Source: Flaccisagitta enflata
Taxonomy: Eukaryota
DNA: 64,000 bases
Direction: 5' to 3'
Assembly (NCBI GenBank): GCA_965153355.1
Contig: OZ231126.1
Location: 15,810,001 to 15,874,000 of the forward strand
Made by a program: the position numbers and the translations under genes. The notes beneath the pieces were generated by a model. The model saw only the letters and a program-made list of their open reading frames with translations. It searched no databases and was not told where the DNA came from. This document shows positions 47,283 through 61,900 of this stretch, in pieces. The first letter of the stretch is position 1; the number at the start of each line of letters is the position of its first letter.

Positions 47283-50200
47283 TATCAAGGCTCAGATCTC
47301 AGTCCTATGGTTCAGATCCTAATCTTGAGGCTCAAATCCCAGTCTAAAAGCTCAAATCCTAGCCTCCAGGCTTAAATCCCAGCCCCATGGCTCACATCCC
47401 AGCTGCAATAAAAACAGCATAGGTCATCAGCCCCTTATGGGCCGCTGCTCCTCTAACCACCTCACTTCCACATGAACTGACATAGGGGCAACGGGTACCG
47501 CTGGCCATCTAACGCTTTTGCGACTATTGAAGTTTGTATGTCTGACTGTCTTTCTTTCATGGAATGGGGACCGCTTCGTCATTTGTCGAAATTAGCTGCA
47601 AGATCGACTGTATCTCTATCTTTGCTAATCCTGTTAGCATTTCTATTTCTTGCCAGTTTCATCCGTTCATGCATCTGTCTGTATGGCATCATGCATCACC
47701 AGAATCATGCTTCTTCATAAGAACATGTGTAACAACCACGTTTAACGATCATTCAGCGGTGCACCATATCACAATCTATCAATATTGACATTTTTCAAGT
47801 TTTGAAACTACATTCCGGCTCGAAGAGGATTGTCGCAGCTCTTATTTAAGGCCCAGCGGCAACCCACATTCCGACCCATTCCATTGTTTCCAAAGTCACC
47901 AACTCGGGGGCCTTCCCTATTGTTCTCGACAAGGACAATGGTTATGGATCTACGGATCTCTTTGGCTCTTTGCCTCTTGGTTGCCCTCCTGGCAAGATCG
48001 TTGCGATTTCTCAACTCCTAAACGATTGGCCGTTCCTTTAACCAAAGTCCGTCATTGGTGGAGTCGACACTCTCATCCGGCTCCGATTGGTTCAGACGGT
48101 TGCTGCCCTGTATCTCTCTTAGGAAGTCATGAAGTTGGCTTTTCAAACGTGGTATTTGAAATTTTTTTCCTATTCATCGACGAAGCGACCGTTACGGGCT
48201 TTAAGTTTTGAAAATGATTTCATAGGAGAGTTTGTTGGAGACACATCTCAGAATGAAAAAAAATATGAACGAATATCAAAATCCTGCCACGGAAGCTTTT
48301 GTACAAGCAGAATGCTATCATCAGAGCCTGGTTAAAGATCCGCCATTTTTCCTTCATTTTCGTGGAGAAAACTCAGTATGGAGTTGCTCTAATTCAAGCA
48401 ATTTTACGACTTCTATTTATATTTTTTAAACTAGAATTGTAATCGTGAATTAAAGTTATCCTTCTCAAACTTCGTCATTGACAGATAATTTCCAGGTAAC
48501 TCGACAACTGAACGGACTTTAAAAATGCCTATTCGCGGGGGCGTTAAAAAGCGACGCTCAAAAGGATTTGCACGCCGCGTTTCCGCTGGCGGTACTGGAC
48601 CCTTATCTGTGAACCCTGTCCCTCCACCGGCCTCTATTGCTGCGAAGGTTAGTTCTCTTACGCTTGCATGTAATCTAAAATATGTATTTTGAATGCGTCT
48701 TTGAGGATATTTCTGTTTTCCTCTTCATTTGCAGGCTCAATAACCCGCTGTGTCGGTCCGTCTGTCAGGCTCCGTTAGCTTTTTCGGGCAGCGGCTTCGA
48801 AGGGGACGAAGTCCTGTAGAACACAGGGGGACTTTTGTCTGTTCTTCGTTTGTCCGTCCGTCTGATTGTCCGTCCGTTCGCCTGTCCCCCCAGGCCTTCT
48901 CAGGCCTGAAATCTGCCCTCGCAGGCCTGAAAGCTACCCTCAGGCCTTGAGAATGCCCTCTCAGGCCTGAAGTCTGTCCTCTCTGGCCTGAAATCTGTCC
49001 TCTCTGGCCTGAAATCTGTCCTCTCTGGCCTGAAATCTGCTCTCACAGATTCAAGGCCTGAGAGGGTAGCTTCTAGGCCTGAGAGGGCAGATTTCAGGCC
49101 TGACAGGGCTGGGGGGGGGGGAGATGGATAGATGGATGAACGAACAAACAAACAAAAGTCCCGTTGTTCTACAGGACTTTGTCCCCCTTCGGAGCCGCTG
49201 CCCTGGTTCCAAATTACAATTATGCAAAGCAGGGCAACGGGCATCGTTGACCACGTATCGCCTTTTGGCGACTGGTTCGGCATTTTTGATCGTCTTTTGC
49301 ATCACTGCTGCTGCCGAAATGCTCAAGTTAACTTTTTTATCACTGCCCCTGCCCACCCGCACGTGACTTCAGTAGCCGTCTATCCGGTCTTGTGTATTAT
49401 TCTTAGTGCTCTTTTATTTGTACTTTTAGCACGTCTTATCATTTTGGCATGCAATGGGTCCGGGAGGTTTAGATTTTTCAGGTAGTAGATACGCCTAGCC
49501 TGACAGACGCTTTCCGAATTCATCCATGACGGTCTGATTTGAGCCTTATTATAGCTCATTTTTTGCTTTCTAGAGGTTTTTAGTTGTCTCTACTACACTA
49601 CACTAGTAACCTTGAGTGGTATTGATCAGAATTTAACGATATATAGAACAATTTTACTCGCACACACTTAATTTTTGTGCCAAAAGTATGTCCAATGAGG
49701 GCCATTTTTGACGTAACAAAAGTGTAATGTGTGACATTTTTAGTAGTAATGATCATTAAAATCCTGAAATATGAAGAAACACCACGAAATTCCAACCCGC
49801 GGTGACCTAATTGTCAAGACTGTTGAAAAAAAATGTGTACAAAATCGATAAGATGGAAAAAATTGACGTAAGTAAGCCATAGAGAAGGGACGAGAAAGTT
49901 TACCATATTTTTGACAACAAATAGTATTGTTTTTTTAATTATGTATTTATGATAACACTTGTCATCATAGTCATGAAATAACACATCAATTCGATGGTCG
50001 CTACCTTCAACTTCGCCTGCGAAGTTTATCGCGTTACTCAATTGACACGATCATCCATTTTCTTGACGTCATCTACCCTCGGTAATTTCGTAGGTTTCAA
50101 GGTTATCGACGCTTTTTATCTGTCCCATCCTGGTCCAAACATTTTCTTTCATTCAGTAAACTGCCAGCTCACTTTTGATATTCATAAAAATTGCTTTTCC

Positions 50201-50359
50201 TTCAAGCATGATGACAAGGTAACATCTAAATCCGCCGAGATGGCAGTCTGTTAACTCTCAACCTGGATGAAGAGAGGAGGAAAGCAAACGTCGCAATTTA
50301 GTAGGTTTCAAAGTTATCGACGCTTTCGCGCGTGATTCACGATTTCAACATGTATCTAC

Positions 50360-50840
50360 TCAAACTCGTCTAAAAACTAAAGTTTTTGTCCGATTTGGAT
50401 GAAATTTAAAATGTAGCCTCACAACAGTCTCCTCTACCATGTCACAACGATTCATAGGGCTACGATCATGCAATGCGGCCGAAATCAGGCCAAAATCAGG
50501 CCAGGTTGGCCTAAAAATGAAAAACTTGTCTTAAAACTTAAATTTTCGTCCGATTTGGATAAGATTTGAAGTTTAGCCTCACAACAGTCTCTTCTAACAT
50601 GTCACAACGATTTATAGGTCTACGATTACGCAATGAGGCCAAAATCAGGCCAAGTTGGCCTAAAAATGAAAAAAATTCGTCTTAAAACTTTAGTTTTTGT
50701 CCGATTTGGATGAAATTTGAAATGTAGCCTCACAACAGTCTCCTCTTACACGTCACAACGATTCATAGGGCTACGATCATGCAATGAGGCCGAAATCAGG
50801 CCGAAATCAGGCCATGTTGGCCTAAAAATGAAAAAAGTTG
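50360..50840. repeat. Three tandem copies of a unit of about 155 bp
   Basis: gtccgatttggat..tagcctcacaacagtctc..gtcacaacgatt..aaatcaggcc..ttggcctaaaaatgaaaaa recurs three times. Confidence 0.85.
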
Positions 50841-51234
50841 AATAATTTGGCCAATCACTCTTTGATTAAGCCCAACTTGGCGTAGCATCTCGCAACGGTA
50901 AAGCTCAATGCATGCATACAATTTCAGCGGATTCGAGTCTTTCAAACTGGCTAAGTAGGCAAAAAATTAAGCAGAATTTAGCCAAAACTGGCCAAATGAT
51001 TAGAGATAGAGGCAAGCCCGTATGACATGATCTAAACTTGAGAAACGTATGCCATTCACGAGGGGTCAAAATTGAACCTTTTTTAAAAATGAAATTTGAC
51101 TTTTTCTAGTTATCATACATGATATTACGAGTAATTCAGCGAAAAAATTGATACAAATTTGTATCCCAAAAAAAAGTTATGGATGATTTTAAGTCCTGGT
51201 CCTGCGCCTTCGTAAGAGGATTTGTCCAACGATT

Positions 51235-51408
51235 CGTTCATTCATTTATATATTTATTCATTTGTTTATCTTTCCCTCTTTCATTCTTTCTTTCTTTCTT
51301 ACTTTCTTTCCTACTTTCACTCCCTCTTTCATTCCTTCTATCATTCATTCTTTCTATCATTCATTCTTTCTATCATTCATTCTTTCTATCAGTCTTTCTT
51401 TCTATCAT

Positions 51409-51451
<43 letters not shown>

Positions 51452-51640
51452 ATCAGTCAGTCAGTCAGTCAGTCAGTCAGTCAGTCAGTCAGTCAGTCAG
51501 TCAGTCATTCTTTCTTTCTTTCTTTGATTCTTTCTTTCTTTGATTCTTTCTTTGATTCTTTCTTTCTTTGATTCTTTCTTTCTTTGATTCTTTCTTTCTT
51601 TTATTCATTCATTCGTTCTTACTTTCATTCTTTCACGTTC
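51235..51640. repeat. (TTTC)n/(CAGT)n/(TTCA)n compound microsatellite
   Basis: Visible directly. Confidence 0.9.
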
Positions 51641-51764
51641 ATTTTTTTACAATTTACTCATCTGTGGTTACAACTCCAAAAATACGCTAGACAACCTCAC
51701 ATTTTTAAAGAGGTCATATCACTTGCCAGACTGATGGACAGACAGGCAAGGAGATATAAGCAGG

Positions 51765-51812
<48 letters not shown>

Positions 51813-52293
51813 TACTTCTTTTCCCTCTTTTATCCTTTTTTTCTCCTTTTTTTCTCCTTTATGGGCAGCGGCCCCGAAGGGGTCGATGACCTATGCTTTC
51901 ACACATATGGGGGATTTTCTTCTCCTCCTCCTCCTTCTTCTCAAATCCCCTCGTCTCTCAAGCCCAAATTCCAGTCTCGAGGCCCAAATCCCAGTCTTGA
52001 GGGCCAATCCAGCCTCAGGCCCAATCCTAACCTGGAGGCCCAGACCCAGCTCAAGACTGGGTTGGGGCCTCGTGACTGGAATTTGGGCCGACACTGGGAT
52101 TTGAGGAGGGAGGACGGAGGAGGAGGAGGAGAGCCCCATATGTGTGTGCTAGTCATCGACCTTTGGGCCGCTGCCTGCTCCTTTCTATTCCAACCCCACT
52201 TGGGCAGGGCATGGGTACGCGGACCATCTAACGCTTTTGCGACTATTTTCCTTTTCTTTTTTTTTCTTTTCTTTTTGGGCAGCTGCCCCGGAG

Positions 52294-52779
52294 CACAGTG
52301 GGCCTTAACTAGGTATGAGTTAAGAAAAATCCCAAGTGGTAGTGGCTTATATTAGAAGGTACAATTCATAGTGGAGAATTGATGTAAACCTTTAAAAAAA
52401 AATTTCCCTTGAAAATTTTTGCAAAAATCGTTAAAAAGTATCAATTTTTGTATATATTTATACATAAAATTTTCATATTTTAGGCCACCGTTGCTTTTTT
52501 TATAACGGTGGCATAGAAAATGAAAATCTTATTTTTTCATAAAAGTATATAGTGTGACCTATCAAATGATTGGAAATTTTACCAGGAATAAGAATCTTGA
52601 GTCAGAATTTTGAAAATGATATATCTTTGAGATCTATACGTGAATATATATGAAAATCGATACTTTTTAATGATTTTTGCAAAAAATTTCAAGGGAAATT
52701 TTTTTTTTAAGGGTTTACATCAATTTTCCACTACCATTGGGGATTTTTTTAAACTCATACCCAGTTATGGCCCACTGTG
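52294..52779. mobile_element. MITE with CACAGTG termini, long TIRs and a 4-bp TSD (GGAG); CMC group (Chapaev/Transib-like)
   Basis: GGAG|cacagtgggccttaactaggtatgagtt...aactcatacccagttatggcccactgtg|GGAG. Removing it restores the family D head gccccggaggggtcgatgacctatg. Confidence 0.85.
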
Positions 52780-52854
52780 GGAGGGGTCGATGACCTATGG
52801 TTCCACACAGGGCAATTTTTTTCGATCTAATGTCAGTGTCCACCCCCCCCCAAA

Positions 52855-53470
52855 GCCCCAAATCAGGCCTCTCAGACCTCAAAGCAGGCCTCTCAGACCT
52901 CAAATCAGGCCTCTCAGACCCCAAATCAGGCCTCTCAGACCCCAAATCAGGCTTTTCAGACCCCAAATCAGGTCTATCAGAACTCAGAGCAGGCCTCTAA
53001 GACCTCAAATCCGGCCTATTAGACCCCAAATCAGGCCTCTCAGACCTCAAATCAGGCCTCTCAGATCCCAAATCAGGCCTCTCGGATTCAAAATCAGGCC
53101 TCCCAGACCCCAAATCAGGCCTCTCAAACTACAAATCAAGCATTTGGGATCCCAAATCAGGCCTCTCAGACCACATATCAGGCCTCTTAGGCCCTAACTC
53201 AGGCCTTCGGACCTCTTATCAGGCCTCTCAGACCCCAAATCCGGCCTATCAAATACAAATCAGGCCTCTGGGATCCCAAATCCAGCCTATCAAATACAAA
53301 TCAGGCCTCTGGGATCCCAAATCAGGCCTCTCCGACCCCAAATCAGGCGTCTGAGACCTCTTTTCAGGCTTCTTTAGCCTTAACTCAGGCCTAGCAGACC
53401 TCTTATCAGGCCTCTCACACCCCAGATCAGACCTTATGGACCCCAGATCAGACCTCTCAGACCCAAGATC
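52855..53470. repeat. 21-bp tandem array (caaatcaggcctctcagaccc)n inside a family D variant
   Basis: Visible directly; produces the RPLRPQI pseudo-ORF. An inverted relative lies at ~63050-63250. Confidence 0.9.
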
Positions 53471-56400
53471 ATGCCTCCCAAAACAAAATTGCCCTGTGTG
53501 GAATCATAGGTCATCGGCCCCTCCGGGGCCGCTGCCCCATTACCCCAACACTACAATACTAAATGATATCAATGGGGCATCGGGAACCGCTGACCATAAT
53601 GACGCTTCTTCTTCTTCCTTCTTCTTCTTCTTCCTTCTTCTCAATACCGTTACTGTCACGTCCAAGCAGCCCATTATCGTTTTAGAACGACCCTGCCCTT
53701 TTTCCGCAACCGGAATGAACTTCCGGTTTCACGCTCGGGCCAGTTGTCGGTCTCGATAATTGTTAGTCTTTACTAAAAATCTTACGCTAGCAATTTTGCT
53801 TTGTTTGATCTTATCTATTATCTTAACCTAATTTGCATTATTTGGTGAAAGGATAATGACGTCGTCACAAATATCTATCTCTGATAATCCTATGTTCACC
53901 TTATGCTAAGAGAGATCTAGAGAACAAGCGCAACCTCATAAATGGAAGTAGCTGACGGGCCCAAGTCCGCCAAAATCCGCACAAGCCAATTTGCATAACT
54001 CTCAACAAAATTGGCGCTGACAGAAAATTAAAGGGCTGCTAAGCGAAACAAAAATGGTTTTCCAACCCCTCAAACATCATATATAATGGTAACATAAACA
54101 AATCCGGATGGATCATACTTTGAAAAATGACCCTTCTGGGGGTCGGACCGTCAGCCTGAATTCGGAAAGAACCGTGCGTAAAAGTACATCCCGATTTGCC
54201 TGCCATCTATCCTTCCCAAATATCTTACCTCTAAAGTTGCCAACTTTCTATCCTCCTGCCTAACGTCTTTTCTGTCTAGCTTAGTGTCTTTTACTTCTAT
54301 CTTTTCTTTCTTCTCTGCTTTTGTTTTTTGCTTGCAGTCTCTTCGCTTGCCCATCCATATCATCCTTTTGTTACTTGCAGTAAATTCCTGTTCTGCTCTT
54401 TCCTCTCTTGCCTGGTGTCTCCTCTCTTGCCTGCTATCTTTCTTCCTCTCTACCATCTAGCTCATAAATATACGGACAGCTGGATAAAGATTTGCATTTT
54501 GACTCATTGAATGAAATATATATCCCATTAAATTCATTTTTAGTAATTATATGGTATTTTGATCTATCAAGAACTTCTGTAACGAGTTTCTATAGGATTG
54601 GTCTATGATTTTTCGACTAAAATCAATGTATCCTTTATTTCTCAGTAAGCAACAAAAAGTCATTGATTTTTCTTTTGTTTTCTTTTGATATTAGATAATT
54701 TTAGAGCAATATGTTTAACTACAGCCTCCAAGTTTTTCAATATTCAAAATGTTTGGTAAAAATGTGATCTAATGAGGTCAAGCAGAATGATTTTTGCCAA
54801 TCTATTTGGATTTAGGAGCTCTTTCTATGTAGGTTGTCATTTAATGATTTCAACTGAAAACCTTTGAATTTGATTTTGGTTAAATGACAGTTTTTCTTCA
54901 AAATGCTCTCATTTCAAAACGGATTGAGCTACTGAGCTTTGCTTGGTCTTGAATAGAAGATTTTTTGTCATAGTTTGTTGATCTACTTTCATTTTTCTAT
55001 TGGATATTGAAGTTTAACCGCTATGAATTTGGGTAGGTGTCCGTATATTTATGAGCTAGATAGTATTTCTTTCTGTCCATCTTTTTCCTTCCGCCTTTGC
55101 CCTATAGCACTCTGTGTTTTCTCTCGTGCCATGCCCGCGCTGTATTGCCCCTTTGTCTAACTCTTTGCTCTTCTGTCCTTTATTTATGCTCTTTTCTCTC
55201 TGGCCTTCTGCCTTCCTCTCTGGACTCTTTACACCACTTTTCGGTGGTTCGGTCCGTCGGTTGGTCACTTAGTCCCTTTACGAGGTTTGCACTCCTGCAT
55301 ACCCGTCTGCGATTGAGGCAGCCGTGTATCCGGTCTTGTTTTTCTTCTTTCGCTTTTTGGGCAGCGGCCCCAAAGGGCTAATGTCCTGTAGAACACAGGG
55401 GTAAACTGTTATATCCGTCTATGTCTGTCTCCCCCCCCCCAAGCAGTTTGTGCCAAATCCCAGCCTTTAGACCCAAATCCCAGCCTATTGCTCCAAATCC
55501 AAGCCTTGAGGTCCTAATCCCAGCCATTAGCCTAAAATCTCAGCCTAAAAGCCCAAATCCTAGTCTATAGGCCTTTAGGCTTGAACTTTTGCGTTCAGGC
55601 TCAAACCCCAGTCTAATGACCTACATCTCACCTAAATGGCTCAAATTCCGTACCAATCATCAGAGGCCTAAATCAGTCAGCCCTCATGAAAACAGACACA
55701 GACAGACACAACGGTTCACCCCTGTTCTACAGGACATTGGCCCTTTTGTGCCGCTGTTCTGCTCTCTCCTTACTACCATGAACACATGAAATATGTCACA
55801 GTGCAAACGAGGACAAAATTTGACTAGTCAAAGGATAAAAAAATTTTTTTTGCTCAATCATAAATTTTTTTTTGCCATCCTATAAATCAATATAAGGGAT
55901 GTTAGAAAACAAAAAATCAATGCAAAATCAGCTTTTGCTACGTAGCTATATTCAAAAATGTAAATTAGAGTGATTATCAAAGTGAGGATAACTTGATTTG
56001 AATAAAGAAGAGTTTTAAAAGCTATGACTTAAAAAATTATGTTTATATGAAAGAAAAAAAATAATATCCAGTTTTTGAAGAAAAAAAATCTCTAAAAATT
56101 TCATTTTTAAAGTATTTTTATACTAAAAATAATTAATTCTATTGAATTTAGAAATCTTTTTCTTTTTAATCTTAGTTGTAAAACTGCATAAGGGGATAAA
56201 AGTTGTGTTTAGTTAAACATATACCTGTTTAAAAAATGTTTTAATTAAAAAAAAATCATTTGTAAGTACATAAAATCTAAAATGGTCCGCTTTTTTTTTT
56301 AATTTGTTTATCATTTTTTTTTATGTTTTAGATAATCAGATTTTTTGTCCCAAAGATTCAATGAGAATGTCATATAAAAAATCAAAGGTCATTATCTTTT

Positions 56401-56898
56401 TTTAGTGTTAATGTATCAACTTTTCTTATTTCATCATTTTACACAATTTTCGACTCAAAATAGTTTTTTGAAATATTTTTCATTATGACCTAGTAATGGA
56501 TATGTAAAATATTTTTTTTCTATTTTCTATATTAGTCTCTTCCTATGCATCTGAAATAATTCATGATCATTTTGATAAAATGTTTAAATCTTAATCAAAA
56601 CAAACTTGTATCATGTGATACTAGTTTACTTGGTTGAATTACTAAAAGTGCCATAGATGATTTTGATAAAGAAGATAAAGGCCAATTAGCACAGCTCAAA
56701 ACAAGAATACTTCAAGTTTCTGTTTTCTTTTAAATTAAAATTTTTTTTTGCACTACTTAATTTAAAGGCAGTTAACCCTAATTCAAATGATCTGAAGCTA
56801 TCTGCAGTGATTAAACTTATATCTACCTTTAAAAAGGTTTTAGTTATATTAGGGACCTGTGTAAGAGAAAATATTGCCTTCACGCGCATTGCGTCATA

Positions 56899-57499
56899 CA
56901 GTACGATTGGAGCAATGACGACCTAGACTGGAGGATAGATTCTAGGTACCTTAATTTTATTTTCATCTTAAAATATTTGAGATCTAGAATAATTAAAGAT
57001 TGCTCTATTGAGTGAATGCATTTGCGTCTTCAAAACTTCAATTTGTGACTTGACCTCATCAAGACTTTATTTTTCATGGTTTTAACCTATTTCATTAAAT
57101 TGGGCAAAAAATTCTATACAATTTTGAGAAAAAAAATTAGCTCAATCGGATCATTTTTACAGGTGTTTCGGTTATTTTTAATGAACAAAAGTTATGCAAA
57201 TTGACTTTTGGGCAGAACTTAAAATGGCTATAAAACCTGTAAAAATTGACTGATTGAGCTGACTTTTTTTTCACAACCATATAAAATTTTCCACCTGATC
57301 TACTGAGATAGGTTAGAACTTTGAAAAATGAAATCTTGATTAAGTCAAGTCGCAAGTTGAAGTTTGAGAGACACAAACCTTTCCACTCAAAAGAGCAACC
57401 TTTAATTAGCTTAAATCTCAATTTTTTTATGATATAAATAAAATTAAGATACCTAAAATTCATCCTCCAGTCAAGGTCGTCAATGCTCCCATCGTACTG
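56899..57499. mobile_element. MITE with a TIR of about 36 bp and TA duplication
   Basis: TA|cagtacgattggagcaatgacgacctagactggaggat...atcctccagtcaaggtcgtcaatgctcccatcgtactg|TA. Confidence 0.85.
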
Positions 57500-57910
57500 T
57501 ACCTAACATGAGTTACCAAGACTTAAACATACTTGACATACACATGATTGACACATGGGTATTTGACACGAACTACTGTGATAAAGAATATCTTGAGTGA
57601 CCTACGACCAGACTGAAGGGCTTTACCAATAAACAAATGGATGGACTGGCAGGCTAACATGCAAAATGTGAAGCGCGTTTTCACACTTTTACCATGGACT
57701 AGCGAACCACAGACCAACGGACAAGATCTCTAGTAGAGTCGCGAATCCACAACTGATTCAGTTTTTGAAGATTAGACACATCATTTTCATGGTCAAAGAA
57801 ATAAACTTTACTATTCTGCAATAGGTCACCAATAATATAAACCGCATTTGGTTGTTATCCATACCATCTCTCTCTCTGTCTCTGTCTCTGTCTCTGTCTC
57901 TGTCTCTCTC

Positions 57911-57941
<31 letters not shown>

Positions 57942-58921
57942 TCACCACGTCTTCTCATTGTTCGTTTCCAAAAAGGAAATCTGCAAAATTGTATTTGAGT
58001 GTTTTCGCGTAAAAGTCTAAGTTTGCATAGAAACGCACAAAATCAAAAAAATAAAAACATGGTTCTGTTCTAAAATCACTAGAGATCACAGCTATGTTCT
58101 TGAAAATGCAAAACTTGACTCGTAGAGGAAGTCTTAGAATTCTACGTCCAAGAAATAATATTATCAAAAGCTCTCGTTCTTAATCTTTTTTCTGAAGTAA
58201 GGCTAAAACAAGCAGAAAAAAACTTTCAGGAGGGCTAATTTTTGTGACCTAATGACGCTCAGGGTTGCAACTGATGAAGATTTAAAGGCGGTTTTGTGTT
58301 TTAGTAACTTATGATGATACAATACATCTAAATTCCCCGATTTCTCAGAACATGCAAATTGGCTTCGCAACCAGAGGGAGGTGCATATTTTTAGGATTTT
58401 TTTGCTTTTTGGCTGAGAGTAAATGCCAACGAACATAAGCAGTCAAACTGTCAGTCTATGGCAACTCCTATGATGGATCATATTGTCTTCGGATCGATAT
58501 CATACTAAATAAATATGATATCACACTTAAGATGGAGGAACATGTCGCAACAATAAATTATCCCTTTTGTGGCATTTCCCCAATAGTTTTTCGCTATTTC
58601 TTTCTCATTCCTGGACTTGGAATCGGTTCAAGCGTGTCAATCGGTACCTTAGCTATTCCCCCACTAGTATAAATGATGAAGGGAACGAAACAGAAAAGAT
58701 TTGAGAGTGTTTTACACCTAAAAACTGGACGAAAATGTAGTGATTTCATCGCTAACACGCCGACATAACAATGGAGCAGGGCAACGAGAACCGCTGACCA
58801 TATGCAATCCTTGGATGACTTGTCTCTCTTTTCAAGTCTTCTGTCATTTCTCTCCATGGCTATGTCTTCCCTCCGTGGCCTTCGGTCTTTCCTCTCTAGT
58901 CTTATCTCATTTTTATTACAG

Positions 58922-61900
58922 CCCGATGATGGAGAACCAGTGCAGAAAAAGGCCGTCATGGCGTCATTATCAAAAGGCTATCAGCCGTCCATCAAAGTTC
59001 AGCCAACTATTGGTGAGTAGTAGTCTATGGAGTATAACTGGGAATCTATGAATGATATGATACAAAAAAGAACAGCTTGGATGAGTCAACGCGCTGTTGA
59101 ATCAACAACACATACAAATGAATCTCAAGCACATTGTGTCAAAGTCAGCCAACTTTCCTTCTAACGCTCTTCTCCCTTTAAAGGTACCTCGGCGTCCAAG
59201 GGCAAAGCTCCGACGTTCGCTCGACCCGTGCCAGACTTTAAAAAACTGCATCAAAAGTGGAGCAACCAACTGGAAGCTGGGAAAGCGATGACCAAGAAAC
59301 CGACGACGAAGCCATCGGCTTTTGATTTCGCCAAAAAGACGGCCTCTACCGGCGGCGGCCCTCATCAACAACAACAGCCGTTGAAACCGAGCGTGAATCC
59401 GAATCATTCCCCGCCCATAAAGCCCTTCCGCGTGGGCGGCAAGGAAGTGGGACAAAAGGACAAAAAACTCTCGGCTGATCACGACAACAAGGCCGCCCGT
59501 AAGGAAAACTCTGCTCAACAACAGCAACGCATACACCAACAGCTGCCACAACAACAGCAACCGACCAAGTCGACAAAACATCAAACGGAGAATATTTTTG
59601 CACACAAAGCCGATAGAAAGCATCAAAATGAAAAATGTTTCGACTTTCAAGAAGACAAAAACGCGTTGAAAAGTATTCTGACCAACGAGGGATTAGAAGA
59701 CGACGACGACGATGACGACGACGACGACGAGAACGAAAAACTCTCGGCCGAAAACGAAGAGAATAAACCGCCTTGTATTCGACCCTCTATTTATTATCGA
59801 GGAGAGGAACAGAAAGCCGCCATTTTGGCATCTGTCAACAACGCTAATAACATTTTCGCCAAACCAATTGTGGTCGGTCACTGCGCCGCTTCAAAAACCA
59901 CCACTGGCGGCGCCATCTCCTCCTCATCCTCTTCGTGTAAATCTCCGTACCAACGACCTTCTATCTATTATCGCCCTCCTGAATCCAAGGGACCGTATGG
60001 TGGGAAACTGGGACGTTCGCCGCCTCGTTGTCCGGCGTCCGCGGCGAAGAAGCTCGGTCCGGCTCAACGAGTCACTCGCAACGAATTTGGAGAAGAGATC
60101 GTGTTCACATCGACGAAAAAGAACTACGCCGATCAACGATACGCCCAAAATGGCGACGACGGACAAACGTCGCCCCCGGGTGGCGCCAGTTGGTCCAACG
60201 TTTTGCGAATGGCCAAACAAAGCAACATGGAGTCGCCGTTCGTACGCAACGGACAGCCATTGGCCGCTAATATGAACGAAGACGACGTCGATCAGGCGAA
60301 ACGAACCATCGACTTCAACGAAGACGATGACGAGGACAACTGCCCAACGACGACGACGGGGAAAATCGCCACGAAAGAGCGAGCGAAGTTTGGCCCAGTC
60401 TCTGGCGATGACCTCGATGAGATTGAGTACATGCTGCAAATCGAGATTAAAAAGCTGCAGGAGAGAAGGGAGCGGAAGAGAGTGGCCGCCAATCGACGTA
60501 AGCAGGAACAGGAAGCGCAGGAGCGGCAGCGTGAAGAGCGTCGTCTGGCGGAGGAGGCCGAAGAGGAAAGGCGGAGGGAAGCGCTCTTTCAGCAACATCA
60601 AAAACCTCTCACGCCTAAAGAAATACAGTTTGAGAAGCAGCAATCATTGGCTGAACGCGAATTCATGAAAGCCAACAGCGTTAGATCTTTCATCGTTCCT
60701 CCGCCGCCAAATTGGGAAGATGACGACGATGACGGTGACGATGACGATGTGGCGAAGATCGGCGACGATGGTGGCGCCACGTCTGAAGAAAGTGGCGCCC
60801 GAGATTCAGAAGGCGTCGATGTGAATGATGCCGTCAAAGCGTCGAAAAAGGAAGAGGTGGGATTAGTCAATGCGCAGTTGAATCAATTGCACATGCAAAT
60901 GAATCTCATCTACAAGCAAATCCATAATTTGGCTGAAGTGAAAGAGAAATACGCGGAGCCGGAACGACCGAAACCGAGAAAGGAATCGGACGAGTTCAAC
61001 TTTGTTTTCCCCGAGTTGACTTCCATCGCCGAAAATAGTCAACAGAAACTCATGACGCAAATACGTCAAATGACGGAGCAGATGGAAGGGCTTCAAGCTC
61101 AGATGAAGCAGCTGCAGAAAGACGGTCGAATGACGCCGGCGGATCAACAGCAGCAGCAGCAGCAACGATCGGAGTCGACGGTTCCCATCGACGATACTCA
61201 GCCACGGCCAATTGCTGCTGAATTGCCAATGGTCAACCACGATCAATGGGGACAACATTCGCAACAACCTCAACTGCAGCATCAACAGCAGCAGCTTCAT
61301 CGACCAGAGGCTATCGCCTCTCCCGTCCTCAAAACCGTGGGTTTTGAAAAAAGCCAATCTTCTCAGGCCGACATTTTCCGCCCTTTTGACGCGCCTCCAC
61401 CCAACAAGATCGAGTGTGGCGAGGCCAGGGCGTTCCCTGGGATTCATCACAAATCTCAACCACCGCAGCAGCAGTCGCAGCAACATTTTCAGCAGCAGCA
61501 GCAGCAACCACAGCCCCCATGCCAAAAGTCGTTGTTTGGTGGAAGTGCCTTTTTCTTCCCACCACCTCCGACTTCTCTGTTCAAACTGCCGCCTCCGGCA
61601 CCCGTCGTACCTCAACCGATCGTCGTGGACGAGGTTTTGGATCTTTCCAAGCCCGCGAGACCGACTCAGAATGCCGTGAGTTTGATGAATCCTTTCGCCC
61701 CGCCTTGCAACGGCAACAACGACAGTGACGGCTCCTTCGCGCCTACGATATCCTTGAATCCTTTCGCCGCCCTCGCCGCTTCCTCGAACGTCGCTTCGAC
61801 GGTCTCTAACGGTTTCCCCGCTTCTTTGCCGCTGCCTCCTTTCACGCCCGAGTCTCATTCCTCGTCGTTGCACGCGGCGTCGACTCAATACGCCAACTCT

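Noticed and set aside
47808-48230. Possible degraded transposase fragment on the minus strand
   Set aside because: Only a vague resemblance, with multiple stops and no diagnostic motif.
55797-56893. Second CACAGTG-ended element
   Set aside because: The right end matches only weakly (cattgcg) and no TSD is evident.
59102-61888. Long minus-strand ORFs (182-341 aa) opposite the giant exon
   Set aside because: They are antisense shadows of Q/D/P-rich coding sequence.
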